A stretch of DNA of 64,000 bases, taken from Podarcis tiliguerta. Its lineage: Eukaryota. The translations under genes and the position numbers were made by a program. Location: the NCBI GenBank assembly GCA_965153285.1, contig OZ229111.1, one strand, 5' to 3'. Under the pieces are notes generated by a model. It made no database searches and was not told the origin of the DNA. It worked only from the letters and a program-made list of their open reading frames with translations. The first letter of the stretch is position 1; each line of letters opens with the position of its first letter. This document shows positions 13,568 to 26,703 of the stretch, one piece after another.

Positions 13568-14499
13568 CTGAAAGAGTAGGATTGAGGAGGGTGCTCAGCC
13601 TTCATCCTCCAAGCCTTTTGGATAATTTTAGAATCCCGCCTCTGAGATTTCATGAAGTCTGAGCATCTAGACAGACAGTGCAGATTCTAGCCCATGATCT
13701 CCAAAGAGCAAACTCTGACCAATTCTCAACTGGAGATACACACTTGTGACCAGTTAAGAATCGAGTCCACAATAGGGCATAAATGTGTTACTATTTAAAT
13801 ATATTAAAGAATCCCTAAGACACAGCAGTAAGAATCATTTGGGCTGAATCTTTTTTAAAAAAATGGCTTTCTTGATGCCAGGATTATCTTTTAAGTTCTG
13901 CTTTTCCTTTTCTTAAATACTGGAAGAAAATGAACAAGCATTTATCCTAGCACCAAACACACACTTTGGTAAATAAAACACCACTGACAAAACTTTGTTC
14001 ACGCTCAAAACAAAAGATAGGAACCCCTGAGTTCAAAAAGAATTGAAGAGGGAAAAAATCACTTTAACTGAGCTACTCTTGGATGAGAATAATTCTCAAA
14101 CCTACACTTTCCTGTCTCCCCAAGCCCTAAGAAAAAATGAAACCAAGACAACAGCAACAGCTAAGCTCAGAATCTAAAGCAGCAGACGACCCATCTACGT
14201 CCAGCCCCATTCCCCCTCAGCAAATACAATCCCAAAAACACAAACGAAAAAACAAAAAAACAAAAACAGACATTAATAACGCAGGGATGGGTGAACGGGT
14301 GCAGCAGGCGGCCCGCAGCACCACAAGTCCAAACATAATAAATAAGTGGTAAAAAAAATATCTTCTTTTTCCTTTTGTGTGTTTTGTGTCTGTTCACAGT
14401 GCGTGAGCAAGGGTCACTGTTGAGCCTCCAGACAAGGTGGAGAGAGACAAGCAGGGAGCAGCTGTCACTTCGTGGCAACTCCGGATGGCAGGCGCTCTA

Positions 14500-14635
14500 T
14501 CACAGAAAGATAACAAGCACAGGCTGGAAAAGGCCTTGTATTCTTGGGCTGCCTGGTGCCAGAAACGCCAAAGGCTCTAGAACACACCCACATTCCAGAA
14601 AGACCAGACAGCCACCCCATCTCTTCATGGCAATA
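14500..14635 (-). CDS. MAP2K7: Possible MAP2K7 alternative terminal exon (type-2 C-terminus)
   Basis: Donor AG|gtag overlapping the stop (14815) and acceptor gttgtcttttccttcag| (14636) join in frame to S-IAMKRWGG...PVLVIFL*. Confidence 0.35.
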
Positions 14636-14811
14636 CTGAAGGAAAAGACAACATGGGCAAGGGTGATTTGAGCAGGTGAAGCAAACAATTCATGCCACTG
14701 AAGAGTTGCTGCTGTGAGGGCAGGTGTCTGTTGTGGTGCTCTCTCTTGCCCCACCTTGCAAGCTCTGTCTGCCAAGGGGTCCTTCCCTGGCACAATAGCC
14801 ACTCTACGTGG

Positions 14812-14949
14812 CTACCTGGTGAAGAATGGCAGGTGGTGCTGGCTAAGGATGCTACTCGTGCGGGGTGACTCTGTCTTAGCCATGACATCTTTGAACCAGG
14901 ACGCCACATCCACTTCCAGTGTCTCATAACGCTTGATGAAGTTATGTTC
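14812..14949 (-). CDS. MAP2K7: MAP2K7 last coding exon (type-1 C-terminus)
   Basis: EHNFIKRYETLEVDVASWFKDVMAKTESPRTSSILSQHHLPFFTR*. Spliced CDS is 1320 nt (439 aa) with exon 2, or 423 aa without it. Confidence 0.95.
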   Translation of the reverse strand, partial: EHNFIKRYETLEVDVASWFKDVMAKTESPRTSSILSQHHLPFFTR

Positions 14950-15339
14950 CTGCAAAGGAACAGGCAAAACGAGATGGAAAATAAGCAAGGGAGTCACACC
15001 ACCTGTGTTATTCCTACAGAGCTGTGAGCAACAGTTGTCAGCTATAGCTAAGCAACAAGGAGGATACACTACAGCACCAAACATGAGCAGGGAAAAATCT
15101 GACCAAAGTCAAATAAAAAAGAACTTTCCCTCTCCTTTAAAGAAACTATGTGGAGAAAAGAAAGGATGTCACTTTATTAATCTCAGCTTCCGTGCCAGTT
15201 GGCACAAACTAGTTCCAAGAAATGTTACTGGTTATTTCTAAACTTTAAGGGTTGGCAGAAGCACCCACTGTGGCCTTTTTCCAAGCCCTGGGGGATTTTT
15301 TAAAATATTCACAATGAAAGAGGTGTGACCAATACTTAC

Positions 15340-15385
15340 AAGTAGCTTGTTGTACTTTGGTCTCTTCCTGTGATCTTTAGTAAGG
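15340..15385 (-). CDS. MAP2K7: MAP2K7 exon 11
   Basis: (C)LTKDHRKRPKYNKLL; 46 nt. Confidence 0.95.
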
Positions 15386-16303
15386 CTAGAAATAACAGAA
15401 ACACACATTCAAAACACAGGATCCAATTTATTTTATGGAGCAACCAACACGGCATGTTTCCACTACCTGATGCATAATGGATCCTTGCAAACAGAGCTCA
15501 TATTGACATAGGTCTACTCTAAGTTTCAAACTCTCTCAGCCAAACAGGATCAAGTCCATTATCCTGCCATACCAATAATCTTTCAGGGTCAACTTCCTAT
15601 GCCCAGTATCCCATGGCAGTTTGCAACAATTTTATGTGGGGTTGTTTGATGGAATCCAGGAATGGCAAGTTGGACACATAAGCTCAAAGTTAACTGGAAC
15701 AAAACAATCACTATCAGAAGTGGATTTTCTGTTTGAACATTTGTGGAAGTGTCAATGCCAGTTGCAAGGAGTGCAATTCATTTACGGCTGCCTAATTGTT
15801 GGAATGAATGGAAACAAGGAAAGATGGGGAAATGTAACTAACTTACAACATTACTTTTTATTTCTGTAGCAATGAAGGACTTCTTACACCTTTAGAATCG
15901 GTACATCAGACACAGGAAAGAGGTAAGAGCCAGGAATGTGTAGACAAGAAGAGGTCATACACAACGATGTGCTAGCCCAGAATTTAAGCACAGCTGTCCC
16001 GGAGGCAGATATGGGATTTCCTTTCTAGGTGGAAATCACCAGCACAGGTTGAGTTCAGTCTTTAGAAGAGCATGGTACCAGTTTGAACAAGCAGAACAGT
16101 TCCAGTTCTTTTACCTACACTATTAATAGTACTGAAGATGGGGTGCCCTAGAATGAACATTAACCAATATCTGAGAAAGCAAGTGGTGTGCAAGAGTTGA
16201 GCAGGAAAGTGAGGAACCAGCTGGAACTGCAGGGCTTCCTGTCTCTGTAAGAAATGTTGAAGCAGCCGCTCTACATAACATGAATTTAAGGCACTTCACT
16301 CAC

Positions 16304-16446
16304 CAGTCTTTCACAAAGGACTGGAAATCCACAGAAAATCCCATGTTGTTTGGGAGAAGGGGAGGATCTTCCTGCAACACTTTGGTGAGGACTTCAAAAT
16401 CTGTTTTACAGTTCTTGTAGGGGAACTGACCTGTAGCCAGCTCAAC
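16304..16446 (-). CDS. MAP2K7: MAP2K7 exon 10
   Basis: VELATGQFPYKNCKTDFEVLTKVLQEDPPLLPNNMGFSVDFQSFVKD; 143 nt. Confidence 0.96.
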
Positions 16447-16950
16447 CTGCATTAAGGGTGGTAGAGAAATGAAGAAGAAGTGCTTAAAAATGGGAATAAT
16501 CTAAAAAGCATTATTATCATCAGCATCTCTTCAATGATGCTTCAGTGATGTATACGCCACTATTTGCATATAAGCCGCAGGGCAGTTTACAACAAAAGCA
16601 AATGGATAAAAATCCATACAAACAACACAATTCTAAATGATTGTACAGAAAGAGACGAGAGCAAGAAAGGGAAGAAATGTGGAACAGAATGATCACTTGG
16701 CTTATCCAGCCTCAACAGCAGAGACAAAAATGGGGTTCAGGATAGCCAGAATTCAGCCTCCTTTGAATCAGTTAACTCCATTTTAAAAAACTGAAGAAAA
16801 ACTCACCCCAAAGCTTATTGCTGTTTATGTCATGTATTAAGCACTGCATACATTAAAGGATGGTTGAGATATGATCCAGAACCTGAAGATCCCAACAAGC
16901 ATATTAAGGTACACAAATTTCCTTAAAAATGGGGAGCAGGTTTTACTTAC

Positions 16951-17031
16951 CAGAGAGATGCCCAGGCTCCAAACATCTGCACGGATATCATAATCTGGTT
17001 TTGAGGGATCAGGGGGATCTATTCTCTCAGG
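16951..17031 (-). CDS. MAP2K7: MAP2K7 exon 9
   Basis: PERIDPPDPSKPDYDIRADVWSLGISL; 81 nt. Confidence 0.96.
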
Positions 17032-17820
17032 CTGGAAACAAAAAGATTATTACAAATTCAGTCAAAAATCTTTGCTACTCTTTGCTACTGGTTTCTTATC
17101 TGCACCTAGCAAGATTCCCCTAATTACAGAAGCCTAAACCATGGGTGGAATTGAATGCAGCATGAAGTGGGTGTGTGGGTGTGCACAGAATGAACGCCAC
17201 TCACACAACAAGACTTCCCCCATCCTCCTAAACCTGCTCTGGGGGTTCCCTCAACCTTCCAAAGCAGAGTTAGGGGGAAGCACATGGGAACATGGGGAGA
17301 GGAGGGAGAGTCTCACTGCATGAGTGGGCCTTGTTCCATGCACACAAAAACTTAGCTGAATCCTACTGGATGTTGCTAAGACAAAATGCAGGCTGTTTTG
17401 ATACCGTAACAGCATCTGCGTAATAGTTGCCATACAGTTTCCCAAAAGCTCAGGCCAATTCTAGTGACAACTTTCTATAGTAAAATGCAAGCGATGGAAT
17501 TCTTAGTCCTGGAGAGAAGTTATCGAGACACATGGTGCATTTCAATGGCTGCAACAAAGCGGGTCTGGCCTAGAGCACTGCTAGGATGAGACTGCTAGGG
17601 ATCATACCCAACCCATGCAAAGCAGCTTGGAGGAAGAATGACATAAAAGTTTAACAAATAAAAAGTATTTAATTAAATCATACACAAGCTATTCTGAGCA
17701 ATTTGTAGGAAGAGCAACATACAACGTCAGTTGTTTTTTTTTAGGTTTTTTTTTACTCAGTTCCATCACAGCACAGCAAGATTCCTGCTGCTGTTCTCTC
17801 GCCATCTGCCCATCTCTTAC

Positions 17821-18000
17821 CGCCATATATGCTGCGCAACCAGCACTCCGGGTTTTGGCTTTCGAGTCCACCAGCCTCCCACTGATCCCGAAGTCACACA
17901 ATTTGATTTGCCCCCTCTCATCCAACAAGATATTTGAAGGCTTCACATCCCTATGGATGACACCATGCTTCTCTTTCAGATAGTAGAGCGCTTTGACAAT
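17821..18000 (-). CDS. MAP2K7: MAP2K7 exon 8 (HRD, DFG, SKAKT activation loop)
   Basis: [60 protein letters not shown]; 180 nt. Confidence 0.97.
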
Positions 18001-19244
18001 CTGAAAGCAACACATCGGAAACAATGCGGAAGAATTAATCATTGCTCACTATAAGGAAAACAACTCAGAACTAGTCTAGAACTCATGATACCCTTTTATC
18101 AACGTGCCTGTAAAAACATGTGCTGCTTAGAGAACAAAGGTTATGCACTCAGCAATCAGTCTGAGGCTTTCGTGATACTTGGAAAAGACAGTTTCAGCTA
18201 TCTGGGGCAAAACGTCTTGTATACACAACAACTTGTGGGGAGACAGCGTTACAGCACAGCCCTTCAGTCATGTAGATTACCAAGCAGTTTTCAGAGATAC
18301 CACCGGGGAAAAAGAAAGATGGCATGTTCATGAACTGTTGTTACTATTGAAATGCTGTTACTATTCTTGGAATCCTAAGGTGAGATATTGGGCTTCATAG
18401 TTTTCAGTGGGGTATGATAATACTTCAGACTCTTCAACCGAGCCCTAGATTTTACCACATCTCATTATGCAGCATCAGGGGGGGGGGGCATGGCCAAAAG
18501 GAAATCAAAACAACCACACAGAACAGAGCACCCACTCCTGGGTTCCAGATTTTGCCAAAATCCGCCCAACAGTGCAGTCACTATTTAAAAAATCTTACTC
18601 CCTCTGCTGTCCACAACAGCATTTTGCTCCAAGCAGGGAAGCTTAGCTCATTTCTGTGTGCCAAAAGAGAAACAGACGTGTGAGGCTCAAGTAAATGGAG
18701 GAGAATGGTAGATAAAATAACAAATAACAAGTGGAGAATGGTTGCTGTCCCTTCAAAAACAGCAGAAAACACAGCTGAAAAAGAAAAATACCTGGATGCC
18801 ATAGGCAGGAAGGAGTTTGAAGCACAACACATCTCCTTAAAAGCCGTGATCATGGAAACCTGGAAGCAATTAATGGCTCCTCTGTGTCACAGACAAAACA
18901 AGCCAGATTCTAGCTTGTCATGTTGTGTGGACCTGGACTCAGGGCTTGTTTCCTCCAAACAAACCTCAAGTGGTAACCCAAGAATAAACCTTTGTTACTA
19001 CTCATCAGTTGTTTGGAGGAAACAAGCCATGAGCCCAAGTCCAGGTGACATGACACACCAGATATATAGCTTGTTTTATCTGTGAATCTGCCACAGCTGA
19101 AGCAAGGAAGGAGTACTATTAAGTAGCCTATACCAGCATGCTATTCGTTCCATGTTTAGCATGACATGTGAACTGGGCCAATGTCTAGATGGGGGAAATC
19201 TGGGATCTAAATGTAAAAAGCAAAACAAAAAACAAAACCCTCAC

Positions 19245-19352
19245 CGCCACAGTCATCTTTCCCAAGATCCTCTCAGGGATAGGCCCTTGGATTCGTTTTT
19301 TCAGCTTCTCTGCACATGTGCCCATTAGCTCCATGGCTATAAAAACATCAGT
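19245..19352 (-). CDS. MAP2K7: MAP2K7 exon 7
   Basis: TDVFIAMELMGTCAEKLKKRIQGPIPERILGKMTVA; 108 nt. Confidence 0.96.
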
Positions 19353-19471
19353 CTAAGGGACGGGGGGGATACAAAAAGAAGTAAAAGTTAAGGTTATTAT
19401 GATGTGGCTGTTCTAAATACATTGAAAAATACAGGTGGACTTGAGAAAACAGTAGCATCGCCTTCATTTAC

Positions 19472-19591
19472 ATTTGTGATGAAAGTTCCAAAGCACTGAA
19501 CAATGTAAGGACAGTCATGACTCTTCAGCACCACATCCAGGTCCATCAGAATCCTCTTGTTCTCCTCTTTGTTACCAGAACGACGCATTTG
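19472..19591 (-). CDS. MAP2K7: MAP2K7 exon 6
   Basis: QMRRSGNKEENKRILMDLDVVLKSHDCPYIVQCFGTFITN; 120 nt. Confidence 0.96.
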
Positions 19592-19906
19592 CTGAACAGA
19601 GAAGAGAATGGGAATTAGGAGCAGAAGTAGAAAGAGACTAAAGAGTCGTGGGTGATAATGCTTTGACCCACAAAGGGCCTCATGGCCCTTAACTGCTTTA
19701 TGATTAATTCACAGAGCATCACTACTTTCCATCAAAGAAAGTTAAGGCCCACTTAATCCTGCCCAACTGGATTCTCCCTCAGCAGCTGACACAGGAACCA
19801 AATAATCTGTGGCACCTAAGAGCAATGAACCCTCTAGAAGTCCAACTCTGCCATTTCCTTTCATCTTAAGATATCTTCCACTCAACACCCAGTAGATCTA
19901 CCTCAC

Positions 19907-20020
19907 CTTCACAGCTATGATGTGTCCAGTCTTCTTGAAACGCATTTTCCACACCTGTCCACACGTCCCACTTCCAATCTCACCCAGATTTTCTAGGTCA
20001 TTGATTTCTGCTTGGTATCT
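19907..20020 (-). CDS. MAP2K7: MAP2K7 exon 5 (Gly-rich loop, catalytic Lys)
   Basis: RYQAEINDLENLGEIGSGTCGQVWKMRFKKTGHIIAVK; 114 nt. Confidence 0.96.
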
Positions 20021-20161
20021 CTGTGAGAAGATGAGCACATAGAGAAGCTACTCGTCAATCCATTTTATATTGAAAAGGGTGGGCAGTTGCTTTTGGTTAA
20101 TTCTTAATATACATCAGACTTCCATATATTTTGAACTACTGCACCTGTCAAGTCAGCTCAC

Positions 20162-20228
20162 CTGCCCTCCGATGGTCAAGTAACCCGTTTGCTTCATAAT
20201 TTCCTGCAGTTTCTGATCAATCTCTATA
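20162..20228 (-). CDS. MAP2K7: MAP2K7 exon 4
   Basis: IEIDQKLQEIMKQTGYLTIGGQ; 67 nt; tag|...CAG|gtgag. Confidence 0.95.
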
Positions 20229-21087
20229 CTAGAAAGGGAAAGAGAAAAAAGGAAAAATATTGTGTTTGCTTCCATTTAGCCATGGCATACGAACATCTCA
20301 GACCCTTCTCTTTGCAGAAACAGGCTCCATCTCTGTGGAGAACCACACATTCTTCTTCTCAACAAGGGCATCTAGAGAACCCTATGAACTAGCAGGTCTC
20401 CATCACGAGAGAATTTCTAATATAAATTCAAAGCCAGCAACTCACGTCACTTACATAACAAGACATCTCAATCTGCAGATCAGAACAGTGCAGGTTAAAT
20501 CATGAGTTTTTATTACCTGTTGAAACCCCAAAAAGCAGCAGGTCCTCTACTAACTCCCAGGGCCATTACTGTATATTTTTGTGTGCATGCTATAAATCAC
20601 TCATTTAGCAGACAAACTTAGCCCGTTAATTCACAAACAGGAGAGTTTAAACTTTGCATGGGCTGCTACTGATATTACAAAAAAATAATGCAACTCAAGG
20701 CAACTAGGGGTTATGAAAGTTCCGTATCTACCTAACAAAGATGGTTTGAGACAGGAGCCCTTTTCAAAAGCTCTGCCTCTTACATCAAAAGAACTGTGTG
20801 AAGCAGCTGTTAAGACTGTGGCAATAGCAATAGGCAACAAGATTAAAGTGCCTAGAGAACATTCAGTTCCCCAACACGCTATTATCCACGGCTGTACAGG
20901 CACAAGGACAGCAAACGCTTCATGTATTGTGCGCAGACCTGTCTGATCAAATGGCAAGCACAACATAAAACCATTGCTCCAAACTGCTTCCCTTTCTCAA
21001 AACAAGTTGGCCCCTCCTGTCTCAATACAGCAGAGAAGATGAGCACAGCACACCAGAACCTGCCTCATTTGGTCTAGTTCTGCTTAC

Positions 21088-21238
21088 CTCTCCATGCTCT
21101 TGTTCATGTGGAAGGGGGGCTGAGGAGGCAAGCCCAGAAAGTTTCGGGGGCGTGACGGATGAGTGTGATGATGCTGGGGCGAGCTGTCCAAAGAGGGGGA
21201 ACGGCTACTTCCATCGTTGGCTAAGGGAAGCTGCAATG
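21088..21238 (-). CDS. MAP2K7: MAP2K7 exon 3
   Basis: LQLPLANDGSSRSPSLDSSPQHHHTHPSRPRNFLGLPPQPPFHMNKSME; 151 nt; AG/GT boundaries in phase. Confidence 0.93.
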
Positions 21239-22457
21239 CTGAGAGGAGAGGAGAGGGAAAGTCAGGCAGGGAGGCTTCAATGCATGGGCTCCTGGTTCAA
21301 GCTAGGTTCCTTTGCAGCCCAAGCCCACAATGTTTCTTGTCTTGAAGGCAGGGGTGCTAGAAAACCAGCCTGTGGTTCCAATAAAAAGTCAGTTGTTACC
21401 TTGACTTCTGAGGTGTCAGCTTAGCCCTACTGTACTCCCAAGGTGTTCTAAAATCCCATCTTCTCAAATGTGTGTGGAAGCCACAGCTTTTAACTGTACC
21501 ATCCTGGGGATAGCCCTGGGCACAATAAATAGGTCTTCCCTTGTTTTCCTGAGAGGGTGGCCAGGCTTCACTCATATGAGGATCCATGCAGCAAGTTAAA
21601 CTGGATTGTTGGTACCTATGCATATAGTAAAACAGTAGGCATCTGTTGACTGGGAATAAGCCATAAACTGGCATATTCGTGTTACATTGGTAGGCCTGCC
21701 TGGTAGGCAGATCAATGACTGTGTGGATATTATACTGGCAAGTTGTTTGCAGGCTTAATCTGGGCCTAAGACTAGGAGGGAGAGTATGTGTGGTTTAAAA
21801 TTAAACCCATTTTTAGAAAGAACCTGCTTCTGGAACTAAAAACAAAGCTGCCCATCTTGCCTAGTTTCTTTGCCCAGGGGCTTGTGCAGTGAGTGTGATG
21901 TGAGATAGCACCAAGAACTTTCTTCCTGCTTGGTCTTAGCACAAGCATATTTAGACAGAGGTCTCTCCTAAGCCTGAAGAGAGCTTTCTAAGGGCAACTA
22001 TCCATTTTTGAACAAATCTAAAAGAGGGGACCCTTCAGGGCACCTAGATCAAGAAACTGCAGTATCCTGGGAATAGCACAGGCAAGCAGAAGTCATGCTG
22101 CACAGGTTTTAGAAACATCTGTTAGTAGCTGAATGGTTAGATCTAATCTTTCCAGCACAATGTGTACAATTATTTGATACTGCAATTCTTTCCATAACCT
22201 TTCATATTTTACCTGGTTTCCTGTGTCTACACAGGTTTTAATCCAAAAATAGGAAGACACAGCGAGGCACACAGCCAGAGTACAACAATTCTACACAGAC
22301 ATCCCAACTCACCTCCACTTAGCTCAGAGGCTAAGCAGTGCATCATGAGATCAAGCAGAATACAAAGCCGCAACTCATATTCTTGGTGCCATGGCTTATT
22401 TCTACAAATGGGAACAGGATTGTCCCTTAAATCAACCAGTGAATAAGTTGTAGTGCT

Positions 22458-22582
22458 GTGGTGGGGAAGCTGTGACCCTCCAGAAGCCGGAATCCAACCT
22501 GCATCATCCTTGATCAATGGCCATGCTGGCGGGAGGTGGGAGTTCAACAACGTCTGGCAGGACACAAGTTCCCCACCCCGGC
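22458..22582. mobile_element. Short (~130 bp) hAT-like MITE family; further copies near 26150-26270, 30445-30560, 34428-34567, 42244-42380 and 46935-47200
   Basis: Shared GGGGAAC..CCCTCCAGA..CAACTCCCATC..CAACATCTGG..GTTCCCCACCC consensus with inverted ends. Confidence 0.6.
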
Positions 22583-23889
22583 CCCAGTGGATTTGCTTGC
22601 TCATTTGAAAAATAAAAAGCTCAGCCACACACAATTTCCTTCAACAACCTCAACTTGGCTAAAGTAGAAATACTGACTTCCATATTGCAATCTCACCATT
22701 CAATGACAAGGTTGCTCAAGGGAATTCAGTAACGTTATTTTTTAATTTTAATTTCTGAAACACTTCTATCCCCCCCCCCCCAGGTTGCAAATATTAAGGT
22801 GGGAGAGGCAGAGAGAGAAGTGCTGCTACTGTCAGTTAGTTATGATAGGTTGCCGGTACTCAAGTGGGTTCTCAAGTACCAGTTTCCTGGTACTTTTTAA
22901 AATATAAACAATGAAGCTCTATTACGGTAGCAAAATGTACATCTTCTGTTAAAAGAGCCCCCTTTATATTGCATCCATAATCCTTACAACTGTTGTGTAA
23001 GGTAGATCAGTATAACAGGTGGAGAAAGGGATAGTGAGGCTAGCCAAAAGAGGTCATGAAGTGAGATTGTAACAAGGGATGTCTTAACACTCAGATCAGC
23101 TTGTTCTTGATATGTTTCACTGTAATGTGCAGTGCAGTCCACGCTACAAAGATTTATAGGATGACAAAATCATGGAGGACATGAGACAACCCCCCAACTG
23201 AAGAGTAAGGGGTTTTAAAATTGTGGTTCATCTCAATTAGTACCAGTTCATGAAAACTACTAAAGGTGATGCTTGCTTCTCTTGCAAGTGACCACAAAAT
23301 GCTTGTACATAATCCCTTGGGGCAGAGGATAGGAGCAAACCAATGGAGTACAGGTCATCTGAATTCAACTCCAAAAAGGAAGCTTCCTCAGCTAGAAAAT
23401 TAATTAAGGAGAGCTGACTATTTCTGAGAGAGATATATATATATAGGCATAATCGTTTTTATTGCTAAGGACAAGAGAATTCTAAAATGGCCAGTGCAGG
23501 ATTTTTAAATTCCCTGAAAAGGAGCTTCTAGTATAACCTGAAAGCAAAGAAAGAAAATACAGGAAATGGATGAAAATTTATGCAGTCCAGGTTGGCAAAA
23601 AGTACAAGGCGCCAGATTCAGCTAGATGGTCTCACTAGCAGAAGTCCATGCAAATGCTTCCACCACACAACAGGTTTTCCCCCCAATGCCCACCCAGTGG
23701 CTGGGGGGGGGGGTGTTTTAGAGACTCCCCAGAATGACACAGGGGGAGTGTAGAGGTTGTTCCATCAAACAAGCAGAACTGCTTGCACCGATAGAGCAAT
23801 CTCCTCAGCGTTACCTTGAATTTCTCTAAACTTATTCAATTACCAGAAAGGCAAAGATTAAAGCATTAATTACAATGTATGCTATAAAT

Positions 23890-24241
23890 TGGGGACGTGG
23901 GTGGCGCTGTGGGTTAAAGCCTCAGCGCCTAGGACTTGCCGATCGCATGGTCGGCGGTTCGAATCCCCGTGGCGGGGTGCGCTCCCGTCGTTCGGTCCCA
24001 GCGCCTGCCAACCTAGCAGTTCAAAAGCACCTCTGGGTGCAAGTAGATAAATAGGGACCGCTTACCAGTGGGAAGGTAAACAGCGTTCCGTGTGCTGCGC
24101 TGGCTCGCCAGATGCAGCTTGTCACGCTGGCCACGTGACCCGGAAGTGTCTGCGGACAGCGCTGGCTCCCGGCCTATAGAGTGAGATGAGCGCACAACCC
24201 TAGAGTCTGGCAAGACTGGCCCGTACGGGCAGGGGTACCTT
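23890..24241 (+). mobile_element. Full-length Sauria-type SINE
   Basis: tRNA-like head (A box TGGCGCTGTGGG, B box GGTTCGAATCC), ACCTTT end, 12-bp TSD TATGCTATAAAT (23878-23889 and 24242-24253). Confidence 0.9.
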
Positions 24242-26703
24242 TATGCTATAAATACAACATAAAGGAAATAGTATGGCTTTTATTAAGGTTTTCTGTTGCA
24301 ACAGTGAACACAAATTTCTAATGAGAAGTTTGGAGGATATGTTGGTAGGACTGGTTCTGTGGGCAAAGGAGCAGAAGAATCTAAAGGTGCTTCAATTTCC
24401 ATCAAAGGACTGGGGTATATAGGTGGGTCCTGACTAGCTAAAACACTAATCTTAGAAGCAGCTAACTAGCTGAGGCCTAGTTTCCACAAATAGCAGATCA
24501 AGTATGACAGATCAATGGTAGAAATATAAGTGTCATCATACAAGCATCTGCTCTCCAGGTTGTCTCCACCTAGTAGGTATGAAAAGCATTAACCTTTTTG
24601 CTTATTTTAGGGGATAAAAACTATTTAAAAGAGGTGGAAATGTTATTGCTGCAAAAATGGGAGATTCAACTCTGATGAAGTCTCAAACACTATTGAATTA
24701 CATTAATTTAAGAAACCATTATTTAATGTGATATTCCTTCCTGGTCTCCCATAGTTTTCAGAAACACTGCAGTCTTGCTCATGGAACAGCTATGTTGTAT
24801 TAAAGCTCAGGTTTGGCAACAATTTTTCATAAAGTTTTCAATGGCATAGGCTTTAGATTTAAAGGAGCCACACATAGCATTTCAAAAAACCTTTTCAGCA
24901 CCATAACATATCTTTGGTTTGCCCTGGGAGAGCTATGGAAGAGTGTCCTCAGAAACAATGTAAAGAATAAAAAAACTCATTATGAGTTTATTCCTTTAAC
25001 TGGCTTTTTCATTCTTTTTATAATTTGGCTTTTCTTCCCACACCAGTGTGCATAGGTTAAAGAAAGGGTATATTACTTTGCAAGTGACTTCAAAAGCAAA
25101 GTGCTACAGCAATTAGTGAAGTTAACAGAATTCTGCATTGAGAGGACAGCCCATCCATTTTGAAAATCAACACTACAAAAATGAACAGAGATTGGTCTTA
25201 AGCTCATTAAAAACCCATCTGGTAGGATCCATGTCATTTCAAAGTTTTCTTGGAACATATGCTGATATTCAACATTAGTCATGCTCAGAACAGACCTTCT
25301 CAAATAAATGGACTCTGGCTTGGACATAGGTGCATATCACTATAGTATTTTAAGCCTCTGCAGTTCAAATCCGTCAAACACTTTTGACTGCCATCTAAAT
25401 ATGTACACCATTTCTGTAGATAGTTTCGGGCAATATTCTGTTTATAAGTTAAAGAATCAGGGACATTTTTTTGATTTAGAATTACATTTTGTATCTGTTT
25501 CTTTTACTACAACATTTTTTAATGAGTACCTTAGGGTTCTGAAAGAGCAAGGGATCCAGGGGCCAATATACCAAAAGGGTGAGTCAGGATTATGTCTACA
25601 ACAAAAATGACTGCAGTTATAAGCAAATGATAATTTTCATAATTTTTCTGGATAGAAAATCATCATTTCACCAAGTCCCACACTGAGTAGACATTTACAA
25701 GTGAACTGAGCTACAATCTCAAAAGTTTTCTTCTGGCTTCACTTGGTTTTTTAAAAAATTATCTCTCTTATAAAACATTCAGTCTTACCTCTCCAATGGC
25801 TCTCTATTGCATGCTCTTATAGCAGTGGTTTGGGGCTTCCTACTTTTGGGAACACATTGATTTGTCAAGCACAGATAGGATTGTGCCTATAGCAAACTGC
25901 AAGCAGTAGATTAAAGTTGCTTAAGAATCTCTATTAACAAAAGCAAGCCAATGAAAACCAATGAAGCCAACAAAACCAATGAAGCAGCATAATTTAACCT
26001 TGGAGGGAGTGAAACCTATAAAGTGAAAATAATACCTTAATAAGAGTATTGTGATGGACAAACACTGCAAAGTTTATTGGCAAAGAAGTAGCAGTTTTGC
26101 CATTTAAAAATGTGTTCCAGAAGCCTCTACAGCAGCGGTAGCAAACACAGTGCTCTCCAAATGCTGTTGGACTCAAACTCCCACCAGCCCAGCTGGCTTG
26201 GCTAATGGTCAGATAAGATGGGAATTCAAGTCCAGCAACATATGGAGGGCAACATGTTGGGTACCCCTGCTCTACAGAATTCATTGCTGTTTTCTCCTGC
26301 CTCCTTAGGAACATAATGTTTCTTATACAGTCAGTCTCATGGGACTAAACCAGTTTGGCAGTGAGTAATTCTATTTGGGAATATGGTTTGCCAAGAAACT
26401 GCATTTCAGCTGCCTTGACACACAAACAATTATCTAGGCAGATACGAGTTTTTGTACCAGGCTGGCTTATATCTGAATCATATGTGCCATATCTAGCACA
26501 ATGCAACTGTGCTTGCTTGGCCCCTGGTAGTGGGTCTGAACTATGTGATATGCCTCTCCTGATTGATGGAAGAGGAGTGGCATATATTAATCTCGGGGCT
26601 TACTCATATGTTGTAAGACAGACAGAAGTGGCAGCTTTCACTTTCCCCCCAATTCAACTGTAACTTGGGATTTGTTTATCTCTGAGATCTGCAGGTTCCA
26701 CAT

